A DNA stretch of 64,000 nucleotides from an uncultured Verrucomicrobiae bacterium (GTDB taxonomy: Bacteria; Verrucomicrobiota; Verrucomicrobiia; Chthoniobacterales; UBA10450): contig CAWDGJ010000003.1 of the NCBI GenBank assembly GCA_963801815.1, forward strand, positions 192,001-256,000. The letters are read 5' to 3'. Both the position numbers and the translations under genes were made by a program. Shown here piece by piece: positions 40,699 through 51,605 of this stretch. Positions within the stretch are counted from its first letter, which is position 1. Each line of letters begins with the position of its first letter. The notes beneath the pieces were generated by a model that was not told the DNA's origin, did not search any database, and saw only the letters and a list, made by a program, of their open reading frames with translations.

Positions 40699-41908
40699 TC
40701 ATCGCATTCCGCTGAAAAATCGTCCGAAAATTCGGCCGATGCCGCGCGCGGCGGCCGATCGATCTGCACCGCCTGCGCGTACTTGATCAGGCCGATCGCG
40801 GTCGAAAATTGCGGATTTTCAAACGCCGACGTCAGCCCGGACATCGTTTGCGCATGAGCGACGTGCGCCGGCATTTCGAAGATCTCCTCGGCCAGATGAT
40901 CGATTCCGTTGAGCATGGCTGCATCCGCCGGTGATGAAAATTCCCTCGCCGAGGTAGTTGATGAACGGTTCTTCCTCGAGGCTGCGCTTGAGCAGTTCGA
41001 ACGTCTCGCGCAGCCGCAGGTGAATGATCGTGTTGAGCGTTTCGCGCTCGATTTCTTTCCCGGCAAAACCGGAATCGTCCTTCAGCAGGATCGTTTCGCC
41101 CGGCAGACAATTGCCGAGAACACGCTGCCTTCCTCGATCTTCAGTTTCTCCGCGCGCGTCATCGGGATGCGCAGGCCCATCGAGATGTCGTTCGTGATGT
41201 GATCGCCGCCGACCGCGAGCACGCCGCTTTGTTTCACCGCGCCATCGACGTAGAGAATGTAATCGGTCGTGCCGCCGCCGATGTCGATGACGAGCGCGCC
41301 GAGATTCTTTTGATGCTGGGTCAGCACGACCTGGGCGGAAGCGAGCGCGCTGAAGACGACGTCCTCGACTTCGAGCGGCAACTCTTTCACGCAACGGATC
41401 GTGTTCTGGATCCGGGTCCGCACGCCGTGGATGATGTGGAAATCGGCTTCCAGTTTCTGGCCGAGCATGCCGACCGGATTGAGCACGCCGTCCTGTCCGT
41501 CGACGTGATAATGCTGGATGATCGAATGCAGAAACGCGTTCTGCGCCGGAATGCTCACTTCGCGCGCGTTGATCTTCACGTCCTCGATGTCCTGCTCGTC
41601 GATCTCGTCGCGATCTTCCGGCAGCATGACGCAGCCGCGATTGTTGAAACTCTGAATGTGCGCGCCGGCGACGCCGACGTAGACGCTGCGAATCATGACG
41701 TCGCTTTTCTGCTCGGCATCGACGACCGCTTCGTGCACGCATTTCATCGCCGTTTCGAAATCGACAATCTCGCCTTTGCGCACGCCGCGCGACGGCGCCT
41801 GGCCGACGCCGAGAATCTTGATCGTGCCGTCGGGCGGCCTTCGCCGACGACGACGCAAATCTTCGATGTGCCGATTTCGAGACCGACCATCAAATCGCTG
41901 CTAGCCAT
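40699..41908 (-). CDS. ftsA: Cell division protein FtsA (apparent frameshifts)
   Basis: VGLEIGTSKICVVV, SRGVRKGEI, IDIGGGTT, VGGDHITNDI, ITGG, FSTAIGL. Confidence 0.93.
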
Positions 41909-41910
41909 TG

Positions 41911-43029
41911 TCATTTAGTTCTTTTTAAAGGTTGAAGTGGAAGAATGCGCTTTGGCCGGGTCGGAGTGGGGGTTGCGCCCGGACAAGAATCTGCTGCCGA
42001 AGGCGTCTGTGGCTTGCGGATGAGCTTCGGGGTTGCCGGTTTTGGCTTGGCCGTCAGCCGGAATCGCTTTCATCACTCGCGGGTCGATTCGTCCGGCTCG
42101 ATCGTTTCGTTGATCACTTCCGACCGCGCGCTTTCGCGAACGTGACCGGAATATTGCGCTGCACGAGCAGGTTCACCGTCTCGATTTCGCGGTGTCGAGT
42201 CGTCGGAGTAAACGAGGAACTGCTCGAGGCGCTGCAATTGGGTGTCGAGATGATCGAATCCGAAGCGTGACCCGGGTGTGATTCTTGTCCGTCACGAGCA
42301 GGCAATAGCCTTTCGAAACATCGATCTCGCGAATCTGAAAACGCGTTTGCATGAAGCTGCGCGTGCTCAGGCGCAGCAAGCTCGAGCGCCGCTTTCGCTT
42401 CGAACGATTCGACGGTCTTTCCCGCCTCGAGCGATTCGCTCGAGCAGCCCGAAATCAAGCGGCAGTCCCAGATATTCCGGCAGCAATTTCTTTTCTTTCA
42501 TCAGGACCCCGCGCGCGTCCACCAGAAAAGCGGCATCGGAGGCAAACGGATCGGCGATTTCTTTTTCGCTCGTGATCCAGGCGATCGGTTTTCGTTCGAC
42601 GATGCGGATGTCGATTTCGTCCGGCATTTTCCGCACGACCTGCACTTCATCCACCTGCGGCAAATGCTGCAACCGATCGTGCACGCGCGCGAGATTAACG
42701 CGGAAAATGTTTTCGCCTTCGCGCAGGTCGGCGATGTTCAGGATTTGCTCGCGCTGCAACGTTCCGTCGGTCTGCATTTCGATTTTGCTCAACTGGTAAT
42801 CCGGGTTGTCGAAGAAGAACCGCTTGGTCGCGAAACGCGCCGCCGACATAAATTCCGCCGACCAAAGCGATCGCGAGCGCGAATTTCGAAAAGACGACGA
42901 GCACACGGCGGTTGCGATGCGCGACGCCTTGCGCGAGCGCACTTTGACGTCGAGCAGATGTTGCTGTCGCCGCTGGCGGAAATTGGAAAGCCGCCGATTA
43001 CGCGCGCGGGGTCGCTGCTGTCGCCTCAT
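41911..43029 (-). CDS. ftsQ: FtsQ/DivIB POTRA-domain protein (apparent frameshifts; 3' end approximate)
   Basis: TM segment then ENIFRVNL...LPQVDEVQVVRKMPDEIDIRIVERKPIAW; located between ddl and ftsA. Confidence 0.85.
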
Positions 43030-43987
43030 TGTTCGGCGCGCTCCTCTCTGGTCCGTGCCTGCCCGCCGTAGCCTTGGCGAAGGCGGGAAAGTTCGATGAT
43101 GCGCAGACAAAGTTCCGGATAACTGATTCCGGCGACGCCGCGGCTTCCGGAAGCAGACTCGCCTCGGTCATTCCCGGAATGGTGTTGACCTCGAGCACGA
43201 ATGGCTCGCCGTTCTCCGACAACATGACGTCGACGCGCGTAAACGTCCAAGCCAAGAGCGCGAAATGCCGCGCAGGGCCAGTTCCTGAATTTTCTTCGTC
43301 AGGGTCTTGTCGATTTTCGCCGGACAAACATGTTCGGCGCTCGCGCCAGCCGCCGGATTCAGGAACGGATACTTGTTGTTGAAATCGTAAAAACCACCCT
43401 TCGGAATGATCTCGATAATCGGCAGGGCCTGATCGCCGAGAATGCCGATCGTCAGTTCGCGGCCGGATACAAATTTTTCGACCAACAATTCGCGATCGAA
43501 CTTCGCCGCCTCTTTCAAGGCCGAATCGAGCTCGCTCTCGTTTTTCACGATCACGATCCGACCGTCGAACCCTGCCGCGGCGGCTTTACCACGAGCGGCA
43601 CAGGCATTGTTGGCCGCTGGCCCGCGTCAATTACTTCCCAGTCGGGCGTGACGACTCCGCGCTCGAGAAATTTCTCCTTCGAGAGAATCTTGTCGAACGC
43701 GATCTCGACTCTCCTCAACACCTTCACCGGTGTAGGCGACGCCGCGATCTTCGAGAATTTCTTGCACCTGGCCGTCTTCGCCGAAGGTTCCGTGAATGCG
43801 ATGAAGGCGAGATCGACATCGTGCGGCAACGGGAAATTTTCGTCACGAACATCGACTTCCGTCGACTTCGCGCCGAACGAGCGCAACGCCTTGGACACGC
43901 CGCGACCGGTCGCGAGCGAAACGTCGCGCTCCGATCCCGGGCCGCCCATCAGCACCGCGATTTTTTTGGTAAGTCTTGTTTCCTCAT
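43026..43987 (-). CDS. ddl: D-alanine--D-alanine ligase (apparent frameshifts)
   Basis: KIAVLMGGPGSERDVSL, VVKP..QGS, GRELTIGIL, FYDFNNKY, LEVNTIPGMTEASLLP. Confidence 0.92.
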
Positions 43988-46342
43988 ATGCCAGCCCGGC
44001 TCGGACCTCCCAGTCCACCCTCGGCTCCCCCACGATTTGCACTTCGGTTTCCAATTCGATTCCGCGCTTTGCTTTCGCCGCTTTCTTGATCTGATCGATC
44101 AACTCCAGCATTTCGGCCGCGGTTGCGCCGCCTTCGTTCACGATGAAATTGCCGTGCACTTCGGAGACGCGCGCATTGCCGACGCGCGAATTCTTCAAGC
44201 CGAGTTCGTCGACCAGTTTTCCGGCCGGACAAGTTTCCGGGTTCTTGAAAATGCAGCCGGCGCTCTTCGCGCTCGGTTGAGTCGTGCGCCGCTTTTCCTG
44301 CGATTCGTCCAAGCGCGCTTCGATCTCTTCGCGCCTTGACGGTGTTCCGCGAAACACGGCCGAGACGGCAAAATTCTATTCGAGCAATGGGAAACTGTCG
44401 GTAATGCACTTCCAGCTCGGCACGTTTCCTGTCATGCGCGTTGCCCTCGCATCGAGATAGCGAACGCGGACCACGTTCTCGAAAGTCTGCGCGCCCATCG
44501 CGCCGGCGTTCATCCGCAGGCCGCCGCCGACCGCGCCCGGAATTCCTTCCATCCATTCGAGCCCGCCAGATCGGCGCCGCGCGCCGCGTAGGCGATCTCC
44601 TTCAGCTTCGCGCCGACGCCCGCGGTGATTTCGTTGCCATGAATGTCGATCTTGTCGAAGTCGCCGCCGCACGGATGAACCACGACACCGCGAATTCCGC
44701 CGTCGCGCACGAGCAGATTCGATCCGCGACCGATGACGAAGAGCGGCAGATTTTCGCGCCGGCAAAAACGAATCAGTTCCGCGAAAGCTTCTTCGTTCCG
44801 CGGCTCGACCCAAAACTGCGCCGGCCCGCCGACGCGCAGGGTCGTGTGTTTCGCGAGCGGCTCGTAAAGCCGGACGTCGCCCTCCTCGCCCGACGATCTC
44901 CTTCAATTTTTCCGCGATGACCAGATCGGCCGCGAGGATGGACAGTTGTTCGTGGATGTTGCCGGCGCCGAGACTGAGAACGAGATCGCCGGAGTCGAGC
45001 ATGTTGCCGACATCGCGATGCACCCATTCCAGCCGCGGCTGGTAGCTGACGCCGCGATGTCCGTGCGCCGCGATTTCATCGGCAATCGTCTGACCGGTGA
45101 CTCCGGGAATCGGCGACTCGCTCGCTCCGTAGACGTCGGTGATCACAACACGATCGGCGTCATCGAAGGCCTGACCGAATTCCTTCCGCAGCGCCTTGGT
45201 CCGGGAATAACGATGCGGCTGAAACATCGTCAGCACGCGCTTGCGGCCGACGGATCGTGCGGTTTTCAGCGTCGCGCGGATTTCGGTCGGATGATGCGCG
45301 TAGTCGTCGACCAGAAGAAACCGCGGACTCTCGTATTTGATTTCGAAGCGCCGGCGGGCGTGACGAAACTTCGTCAGCGACTTAGCAATCTTTCTCGAAC
45401 GGAATGCCGAGCTCGGTGGCCAGCGCGATCACGCCGAGCGCATTGCGCACGTTGTGCTCGCCCGGAACATTCAGAGTGGCTTCGCCAAGTTTTGCTTTGC
45501 CCGCGTAAACGCAGAAGATGGACGGCGAAATTTCGCAGCTCGATATCAGTCGCTCGATAATCGGCATTCGTCGGAGAAACCGTAGGAGATCACGCGATCG
45601 GACGATCCACAGATTCGGGTCGCGTTCGGATCATCGGCGCAGTAAAAGACCGTGCCGCTCGTCTGGCTGAGCAGTTGGCGGAAGACTTTCTCGATCGCCG
45701 CCAGGTCCGCGTAAAAATCGAGATGCTCTTCTTCGATGTTAAGTACGAGAGCGTGCTCGGGTGGAACAAGGCGAGCGTGCCGTCGCTTTCGTCGCCTTCG
45801 GCCACGAAAAATTCGCCGCGCGCATCCCAGTGCGCGTTGGTGCCCAGGATTGGAATTTCCGCGCCGACATAGTGCGACGGATGCAAGCCGCCTTCGCGCA
45901 AAACATGCGCCGCCATGGCCGACGTCGTCGTCTTGCCATGCATTCCAGCGATGACGATTCCGCGTTTCGCCGACATGATCGCGGCCAGCGCTTCGGCGCG
46001 GCGCACGGCCAGTTTTCCGGTTTCGCGCGCCATTTTGAGGATCGGATTGTCCGGCTTGATCGCGGAGGAATAAATGACGAGCTCGGCATCGGCGGCGCTT
46101 TCGGCGCGATGTTGCTGGAAAAACTTCAGACCGAGCCGCTCGAGTCGCTCTGTTTCCTGCGAATCGACTTTGTCGGAACCGCTCACGTCGTGTCCCAGTT
46201 CAAGCAGGAGCGCGGCAATTCCGCTCATCCCGCTGCCGGCCACGCCGATCAAATGAACGCGATGGTGTTCACGGGTGAGAAACGTTCCAAGTCCGCTATT
46301 CGGACGGACTCGTTCCGTAGCTAGATCGGCATCCTTCGTCAT
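43988..46342 (-). CDS. murC: Fused UDP-N-acetylmuramate--L-alanine ligase / UDP-N-acetylmuramate dehydrogenase (MurC-MurB; apparent frameshifts, 3' end approximate)
   Basis: HLIGVAGSGMSG, GMHGKTTT, EGDESDG, DDYAHHPTE, FQPHRY, LGAGNI, then HTTLRVGGPA, GRGSNLL, MNAGA, SAGCIFKNP, HGNFIVN. Confidence 0.88.
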
Positions 46343-47424
46343 GAATGCGTGAAGTTCTCCATCGTGATTGCGACGCGTTGAGCAGCGTCTCGTGGCGCCA
46401 GGGTTACGCATTTTTCCGACATGCGTCTGATCTGCTCCGGGTGGTCGGTCATCTCGCGGATCTTCTGTGAAAGTGATTCGGGCGTTAGCTCCGATTCTTT
46501 CAAGACAAACGCGACTCCCGCGTCCGAGAAAATCTCTGCGTTGCGAGTTTGATGATCGTCCGCCGCGTAAGGAAACGGAATCAGGATGCTGGGCAATCCA
46601 AAAAACGCGAGCTCCGCCAGGCTGGCAGCACCAGAGCGCGCGATCGCAAAATCGGCTGCGCTGTAAACTTCTTCCATGTGATGGTGAAACGCGGCCACAA
46701 ATGCGCGGATTTGTTCCCGTCGATAATTGTCCGCAACCAGCCGTTCATCACGCGTGCCGGAGAGATGGATGACCTGGAGCGCCGCTGTCTTGATGAGCGG
46801 CAGCGATTTAATGATCGCCTGGTTGATTCCGCTGGCGCCCTGACTTCCGCCCATCACCAGCATTGTCGTCAGGTTCGGTTCCAATCCCAGTTTTTGCCGG
46901 GCCGCTTGCCGATCCAATCGTTTTAGTTCAGTTCGAATCGGCGTACCGGTTATTTCGGTGCGTACCTTGGGGAAGAATTGCGCCGCATCTTTGAAGCCAA
47001 GCAGGACTGCGCCAACCATTTTTCCCGCGAGCCGGTTGGCTTTCCCCGGGATCGCGTTCGATTCGTGAATCAAAGTTGAAATTCCGCGCATCCGTCCGGC
47101 GAGAATCGGCGCCGTCGAAGTAAATCCGCCCATACCAAGGACCACTTGCGGTTTAAACCTTTGATATATCGAGCGACAAAGCGAAAGACTCTCGGCGAAT
47201 CGCCGGATGAATCCGAAGATGGCCGGGGAATAAAGCGACGGAAAACCGACCGTCGGTAATTTTTCGAACTGAAATTGCGAACGAGTGGAGAGAGCGAGGC
47301 TGTCGATTTCTTTTTCGGAAACGAACAACAACACGTCGTGCCCGCGTTCACGCAAAACCTCGGCGACGGCAATTCCGGGAAACAAGTGTCCGCCTGTACC
47401 GCCGCATGCAATGATCGCGTTCAT
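46339..47424 (-). CDS. murG: Undecaprenyl-PP-MurNAc-pentapeptide GlcNAc transferase
   Basis: GGTGGHLFPG, HESNAIPG, GGSQGA, RSGA, DDHQTRNA. Confidence 0.96.
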   Translation of the reverse strand: MNAIIACGGTGGHLFPGIAVAEVLRERGHDVLLFVSEKEIDSLALSTRSQFQFEKLPTVGFPSLYSPAIFGFIRRFAESLSLCRSIYQRFKPQVVLGMGGFTSTAPILAGRMRGISTLIHESNAIPGKANRLAGKMVGAVLLGFKDAAQFFPKVRTEITGTPIRTELKRLDRQAARQKLGLEPNLTTMLVMGGSQGASGINQAIIKSLPLIKTAALQVIHLSGTRDERLVADNYRREQIRAFVAAFHHHMEEVYSAADFAIARSGAASLAELAFFGLPSILIPFPYAADDHQTRNAEIFSDAGVAFVLKESELTPESLSQKIREMTDHPEQIRRMSEKCVTLAPRDAAQRVAITMENFTHS

Positions 47425-47503
47425 CCGATTGCCAATCGCAGCGCCCCGACGCTTTGCCGGGCGGCCGAAATACAAAATCCACGGTTCGACATCCAAAATT
47501 TCA

Positions 47504-48640
47504 TCAAATTCGCGGCGTTATGCGGACCTGAAGCGCGGAGCGTTTCTTATTGGCTGGTTCCAGGATCGCCTGCCGATAAATATTCAGCAGCAAACCGACT
47601 CCAAACAAACACCCGACGAGATTTGACCCGCCGTAGCTGATGAATGGCAGGGGCAGGCCTTTGTTCGGCAGAAGTGAAGTAGTGACTCCGATGTTTATGG
47701 CGGCCTGCAGCGCCAGCAATGACACGACGCCGGTCGCAGCCAGCAACCCGAAACGATCTTTTGCATGCAACGCGACCATGATCCCGCAGACAATCACAAC
47801 CACGAAAAGAAAAACCACCAGCAGACTGATTCGCAGCCCAAGCTCCTCACCGATCATCGGAAAAATGAAATCAGTGTGCGCGTAAGGGAGGTAGAGCATT
47901 TTCTGCCGGCCGTTGCCCAGGCCGAGCCCTTCCATTCCGCCGCTTCCCCACGCGATCAGCGCCTGCATTTGCTGCAAACCGGCATCCTCTTTATAACGCT
48001 CGAGATTGGTGAACGCGATCAGACGTTCCATGCGTGTGTGCGTCGCTCCGATGAAAATCACGCTGCTTCCGAGGACTGCCATCAATCCGAGAAGAACCGG
48101 ATTTGTTCCGGCAACGAACATCACCACGAACGTAGTCATGCCGATCAGGGCCGTTGTTCCGAGGTCGACTTCAAAAAGAATCAGAGCGAGCAGTGCAGTG
48201 ACGATCGCCAACGGAATGGCAAATCCGAACAGGGGATGTCCGGCGGCTTTTTCATACCGCGCAAACCACCAGGCCAGGAAAAACACTGCCGCGATTTTTG
48301 CGATCTCGGACGATTGAAAACCTACGGGACCCAACGCAACCCACCGTCGCGAGCCGTTGATCCGCATTCCAAGATGCGGAACGAAACAAAGCGCGAGCGT
48401 AATCACGGCGACCGCCAGCCAGATCCACCATGTGCGCTGCCAAAAATGATAATCGATCAGCGCCACCATGATGCAAACAATCAGTCCCACGCCAAGCCAT
48501 CCCGCCTGGCGTTTAAGAAAGAACAACGCATCGCCATGGCTGTCCCGCGCGAAAGCGCTCGTGCTGAAAAGCATCACAATTCCGATGACGAGCAATCCGA
48601 GCACGGCCACGAACAGGAGATAAGCGCTTTTGCGACGCAT
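47504..48640 (-). CDS. ftsW: SEDS peptidoglycan polymerase FtsW
   Basis: NGSRRW, QSSEIAK, LPYAHTDFIF, LPNKGLPLPFISYGGS. Confidence 0.95.
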   Translation of the reverse strand: MRRKSAYLLFVAVLGLLVIGIVMLFSTSAFARDSHGDALFFLKRQAGWLGVGLIVCIMVALIDYHFWQRTWWIWLAVAVITLALCFVPHLGMRINGSRRWVALGPVGFQSSEIAKIAAVFFLAWWFARYEKAAGHPLFGFAIPLAIVTALLALILFEVDLGTTALIGMTTFVVMFVAGTNPVLLGLMAVLGSSVIFIGATHTRMERLIAFTNLERYKEDAGLQQMQALIAWGSGGMEGLGLGNGRQKMLYLPYAHTDFIFPMIGEELGLRISLLVVFLFVVVIVCGIMVALHAKDRFGLLAATGVVSLLALQAAINIGVTTSLLPNKGLPLPFISYGGSNLVGCLFGVGLLLNIYRQAILEPANKKRSALQVRITPRI

Positions 48641-48651
48641 GGGATCGAGAA

Positions 48652-49176
48652 CTACTCGGTTTTCTTCGCGGGTTTGGCCGGAATTAAAAGTTTCTGCCCG
48701 ATTTTTAGCTTTCGCGGGTCGTCAATGTGATTAAGCGCGACAAGGTCGTCGTACGGAACCTTGAACTTCTTCGCGATCGTTACGGGATTATCGCCCTTGG
48801 CCACGAAATAGGTTTTTCCGGAGTCGGAAACCTTCGGCCCCTGGGTTTTTGCGACAGGTTTCTGCGTGGCAGGTGAATTCGATGCTAGCGTTTGCGGCTG
48901 CGTGTCCGTCGAAGCGATGCCAACGGTGGATGCCAACGAAGAGGGAAGTGACGCCTGTCGCGTTTTGATTGCGTTGAACGCGATGATGCCAGCGACCGCG
49001 ACAACATGCAGCAGAAGCACGATCAATAGCGCGCGTGAAAGTTTCATGCTCGGTTCCCCGAGGTCGTCGTAACCGGCGGCGGCCGCGCCCAGGCGAAGCG
49101 GTCGGCGGACTGCAGTGGCGCGAAGTTTCTTTCGTTTGAAGTTGAGCAGCTTTGGCATTTTGAACTTCCTTTTCAT
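48652..49176 (-). CDS. Membrane-anchored LysM domain protein
   Basis: One TM segment and C-terminal YFVAKGDNPVTIAKKF...LNHIDDPRKLKIGQKLLIP. Confidence 0.9.
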   Translation of the reverse strand: MKRKFKMPKLLNFKRKKLRATAVRRPLRLGAAAAGYDDLGEPSMKLSRALLIVLLLHVVAVAGIIAFNAIKTRQASLPSSLASTVGIASTDTQPQTLASNSPATQKPVAKTQGPKVSDSGKTYFVAKGDNPVTIAKKFKVPYDDLVALNHIDDPRKLKIGQKLLIPAKPAKKTE

Positions 49177-50498
49177 TGAGGGAGGGCTTGGACCAAGGCG
49201 CGGAACTGATCGCCGCGGTCGGCATAGCTTTTAAACATGTCGAACGAAGATGTGCCTGGGGAGAAAAGGACGACTTCTCCGGATTTCGCGGTCGCATGCG
49301 CGCGCTCAACTGCGTCGGCGAGCGATATCGCAATCTCGGTTTTCACCGCGCCGTCCCAGTCCCGGGTGATTTGTTTCGCCATCTCACCGATCAAAATGAC
49401 CGCGCGAACTTTTTCTTTCACCAAGGCGCGCATTGGCTGGTAATTGAATCCCTTGTCTTTTCCCCCGGCGATGAGAACGACCGGCTTGGTCTGGGCCTGC
49501 AATGCCTTCTCCATTGCGTCCAAATTTGTCGCTTTCGAATCGTTGATGTAATCGACGCCGCTGACTTGCCTGACGAATTCGCATCGGTGCGGCTGCGGCT
49601 CGTAAGCGGACAACGGCGGCACCATTTGCTCGAAGGACAATCCGCGAGCATGACCGGCCGCGAGCGTCGCCATCAGGTTCTCAATGTTGTGCGAGCCGCG
49701 CAGCTTGGTCTCACTCATTCTCAAGACCGGTTTGTTTTCAAATACGATGACGCCTTCGGAGAGACGGAAGTCCGCGCGATTGGTGTAAGCGCTGAATGTG
49801 AGCTTACGTGCGCGGAGCTCCGGCATGGTTTCGCTCGCATTGACGATCGCGACATCGTTATTCGTTTGGTTTTCAAATAGCCGAAGTTTCGCCGCGCGAT
49901 ATTCCGCGACCGATTTGTAACGATCGAGATGATCGGGTGCGAAGTTTAACCAGAGCGCGATCGATGGATGAAAAGTCTTGATTGTTTCGAGTTGGAAGGA
50001 ACTGACCTCAACCGTGAGCACGTCGTATTTGATCTTTTCACGCGCCACTTCAGAAAGCGGCTTACCGATGTTTCCGCACGCGATCGTTTTCTGCCCGCAT
50101 TGGTTCAACATCTGGGCGAGCATTTCGGTCGTCGTGGTTTTGCCGTTCGTGCCCGTGACCGCGATGACCGGCGTTTCGCACGAGCGCCAGCCCAGTTCAA
50201 GCTCGCCGATGATGTTCATTTTTCTCGACCAAAAATTGCGGCCGAGCGCGGATGCTGGATCGATTCCCGGGCTCGTGACGACAAAGGCGAACTTGTCGGA
50301 ATTGCGGTCCGCATCCGTTCCGGCAATAACGCGCACGCCCTGCGCGCGCAGATTGTCGATGGTCGATCGCAGAAGCTTCTTTTCGTCGGCGCTGTCGAGG
50401 ACGGTGACGTTTGCCCCTTCGGACCTGAGCAAAAGTGCCGCCGCAGCGCCACTTAAGCCCGCTCCGAGAACCGCCACGTTTTGGTTTGAATAGCGCAA
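49173..50498 (-). CDS. murD: UDP-MurNAc-L-Ala--D-glutamate ligase
   Basis: VLGAGLSG, TGTNGKTTT, EVSSFQL, NDSKATN, AGGKDKG, SFDMF. Confidence 0.96.
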   Translation of the reverse strand: MRYSNQNVAVLGAGLSGAAAALLLRSEGANVTVLDSADEKKLLRSTIDNLRAQGVRVIAGTDADRNSDKFAFVVTSPGIDPASALGRNFWSRKMNIIGELELGWRSCETPVIAVTGTNGKTTTTEMLAQMLNQCGQKTIACGNIGKPLSEVAREKIKYDVLTVEVSSFQLETIKTFHPSIALWLNFAPDHLDRYKSVAEYRAAKLRLFENQTNNDVAIVNASETMPELRARKLTFSAYTNRADFRLSEGVIVFENKPVLRMSETKLRGSHNIENLMATLAAGHARGLSFEQMVPPLSAYEPQPHRCEFVRQVSGVDYINDSKATNLDAMEKALQAQTKPVVLIAGGKDKGFNYQPMRALVKEKVRAVILIGEMAKQITRDWDGAVKTEIAISLADAVERAHATAKSGEVVLFSPGTSSFDMFKSYADRGDQFRALVQALPQ

Positions 50499-50504
50499 TT
50501 TTTT

Positions 50505-51605
50505 CTACCTCAACTTCAAAGTCGCGAGCCCGAGCAGCGCGAAAATTCCGGACAAAATCCAGAAACGGACGATCACGGTATTCTCTTTCCAACCGGCGAG
50601 TTCGAAATGATGATGCAGCGGCGACATCGCGAAAATGCGCTTGCCGGTAAGTTTGAAGCTCATGACCTGGAGAATCACCGAGATCACTTCGATCACGAAT
50701 ACGCCGCCAACGACCACGAGCAGCAGTTCTTGTTTGCAGCAGATCGCAACCACGCCAAGCATACCGCCGATTGCGAGCGACCCGGTATCGCCCATGAAAA
50801 CCTTGGCGGGGTGGCAATTGAACCAAAGAAAGCCAAGGCCGGCGCCCACCAGTGCGGCGCAGACAACGGTCAGCTCGGCGGTGAATGGATAGAATGGGAC
50901 TTGCAGGTATTCGGCGATGCGAAAATTTCCTGCGACGTAAGATAGTAATGCGTAGTCGAATGCGACCGTGATCGTGCAACCGATCGCCAGTCCGTCGAGG
51001 CCGTCGGTAAGATTGACGGCGTTGGACGAACCAACGATCACGAGCGCGAAGAAGAAAAACGTGAACCAACTCATGTTCGCGATGACCGGAGCTTTGACGA
51101 ATGGCACATAAAGTTCGCGCGCCTGGACTTCGAGCAGGGGACTGGTCAGAAAGACGGCGGTGACGATTCCCGCCAGAATGAGTTGGAAAACGAGCTTGAT
51201 GCGGCCGTTGACCCCGGAGGTATTTTTCTTGGTGACCTTCAGGTAGTCGTCGGCGAACCCGAGGGCGCCGAGATAGAGCATGCTGAAAAGTGCGAGCCAG
51301 ACGAAACGATTGTCCGGCCTCGCCCAGAGAAAACTGGAAATGAAAACCGCACCGATGATCAAAACGCCGCCCATCGTCGGCGTTCCCTGTTTGACTCCGT
51401 GCAGGTCGGCCAGCCGATGAACTTCGGATGCTTGACGGATCGGCTGACCAAGTTTGAGCGCAGTCAGAACCCGAATCACGAAGTTTCCAAACAGTAGCGA
51501 CAGGACAAACGCGGTAATGGCGCCCGCGACGGCGCGAAACGTGACGTAAAAGAAAACGTTGAAGCCGCTGACGTGCTCGCTCAGGCGATGGAGGTAGTAC
51601 ATCAT
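50505..51605 (-). CDS. mraY: Phospho-MurNAc-pentapeptide transferase
   Basis: GTPTMGG, GFADDY, NAVNLTDGLDGLA, FMGDTGS, PLHHHFE. Confidence 0.97.
   Translation of the reverse strand: MMYYLHRLSEHVSGFNVFFYVTFRAVAGAITAFVLSLLFGNFVIRVLTALKLGQPIRQASEVHRLADLHGVKQGTPTMGGVLIIGAVFISSFLWARPDNRFVWLALFSMLYLGALGFADDYLKVTKKNTSGVNGRIKLVFQLILAGIVTAVFLTSPLLEVQARELYVPFVKAPVIANMSWFTFFFFALVIVGSSNAVNLTDGLDGLAIGCTITVAFDYALLSYVAGNFRIAEYLQVPFYPFTAELTVVCAALVGAGLGFLWFNCHPAKVFMGDTGSLAIGGMLGVVAICCKQELLLVVVGGVFVIEVISVILQVMSFKLTGKRIFAMSPLHHHFELAGWKENTVIVRFWILSGIFALLGLATLKLR

Noticed and set aside
33857..46342. Calling ftsZ, ftsA, ftsQ, ddl, murC/B, the polymerase and the M20 genes pseudogenes or programmed frameshifts
   Set aside because: Indels are numerous, block-wise and hit essential genes whose motifs are otherwise intact, which is typical of consensus error
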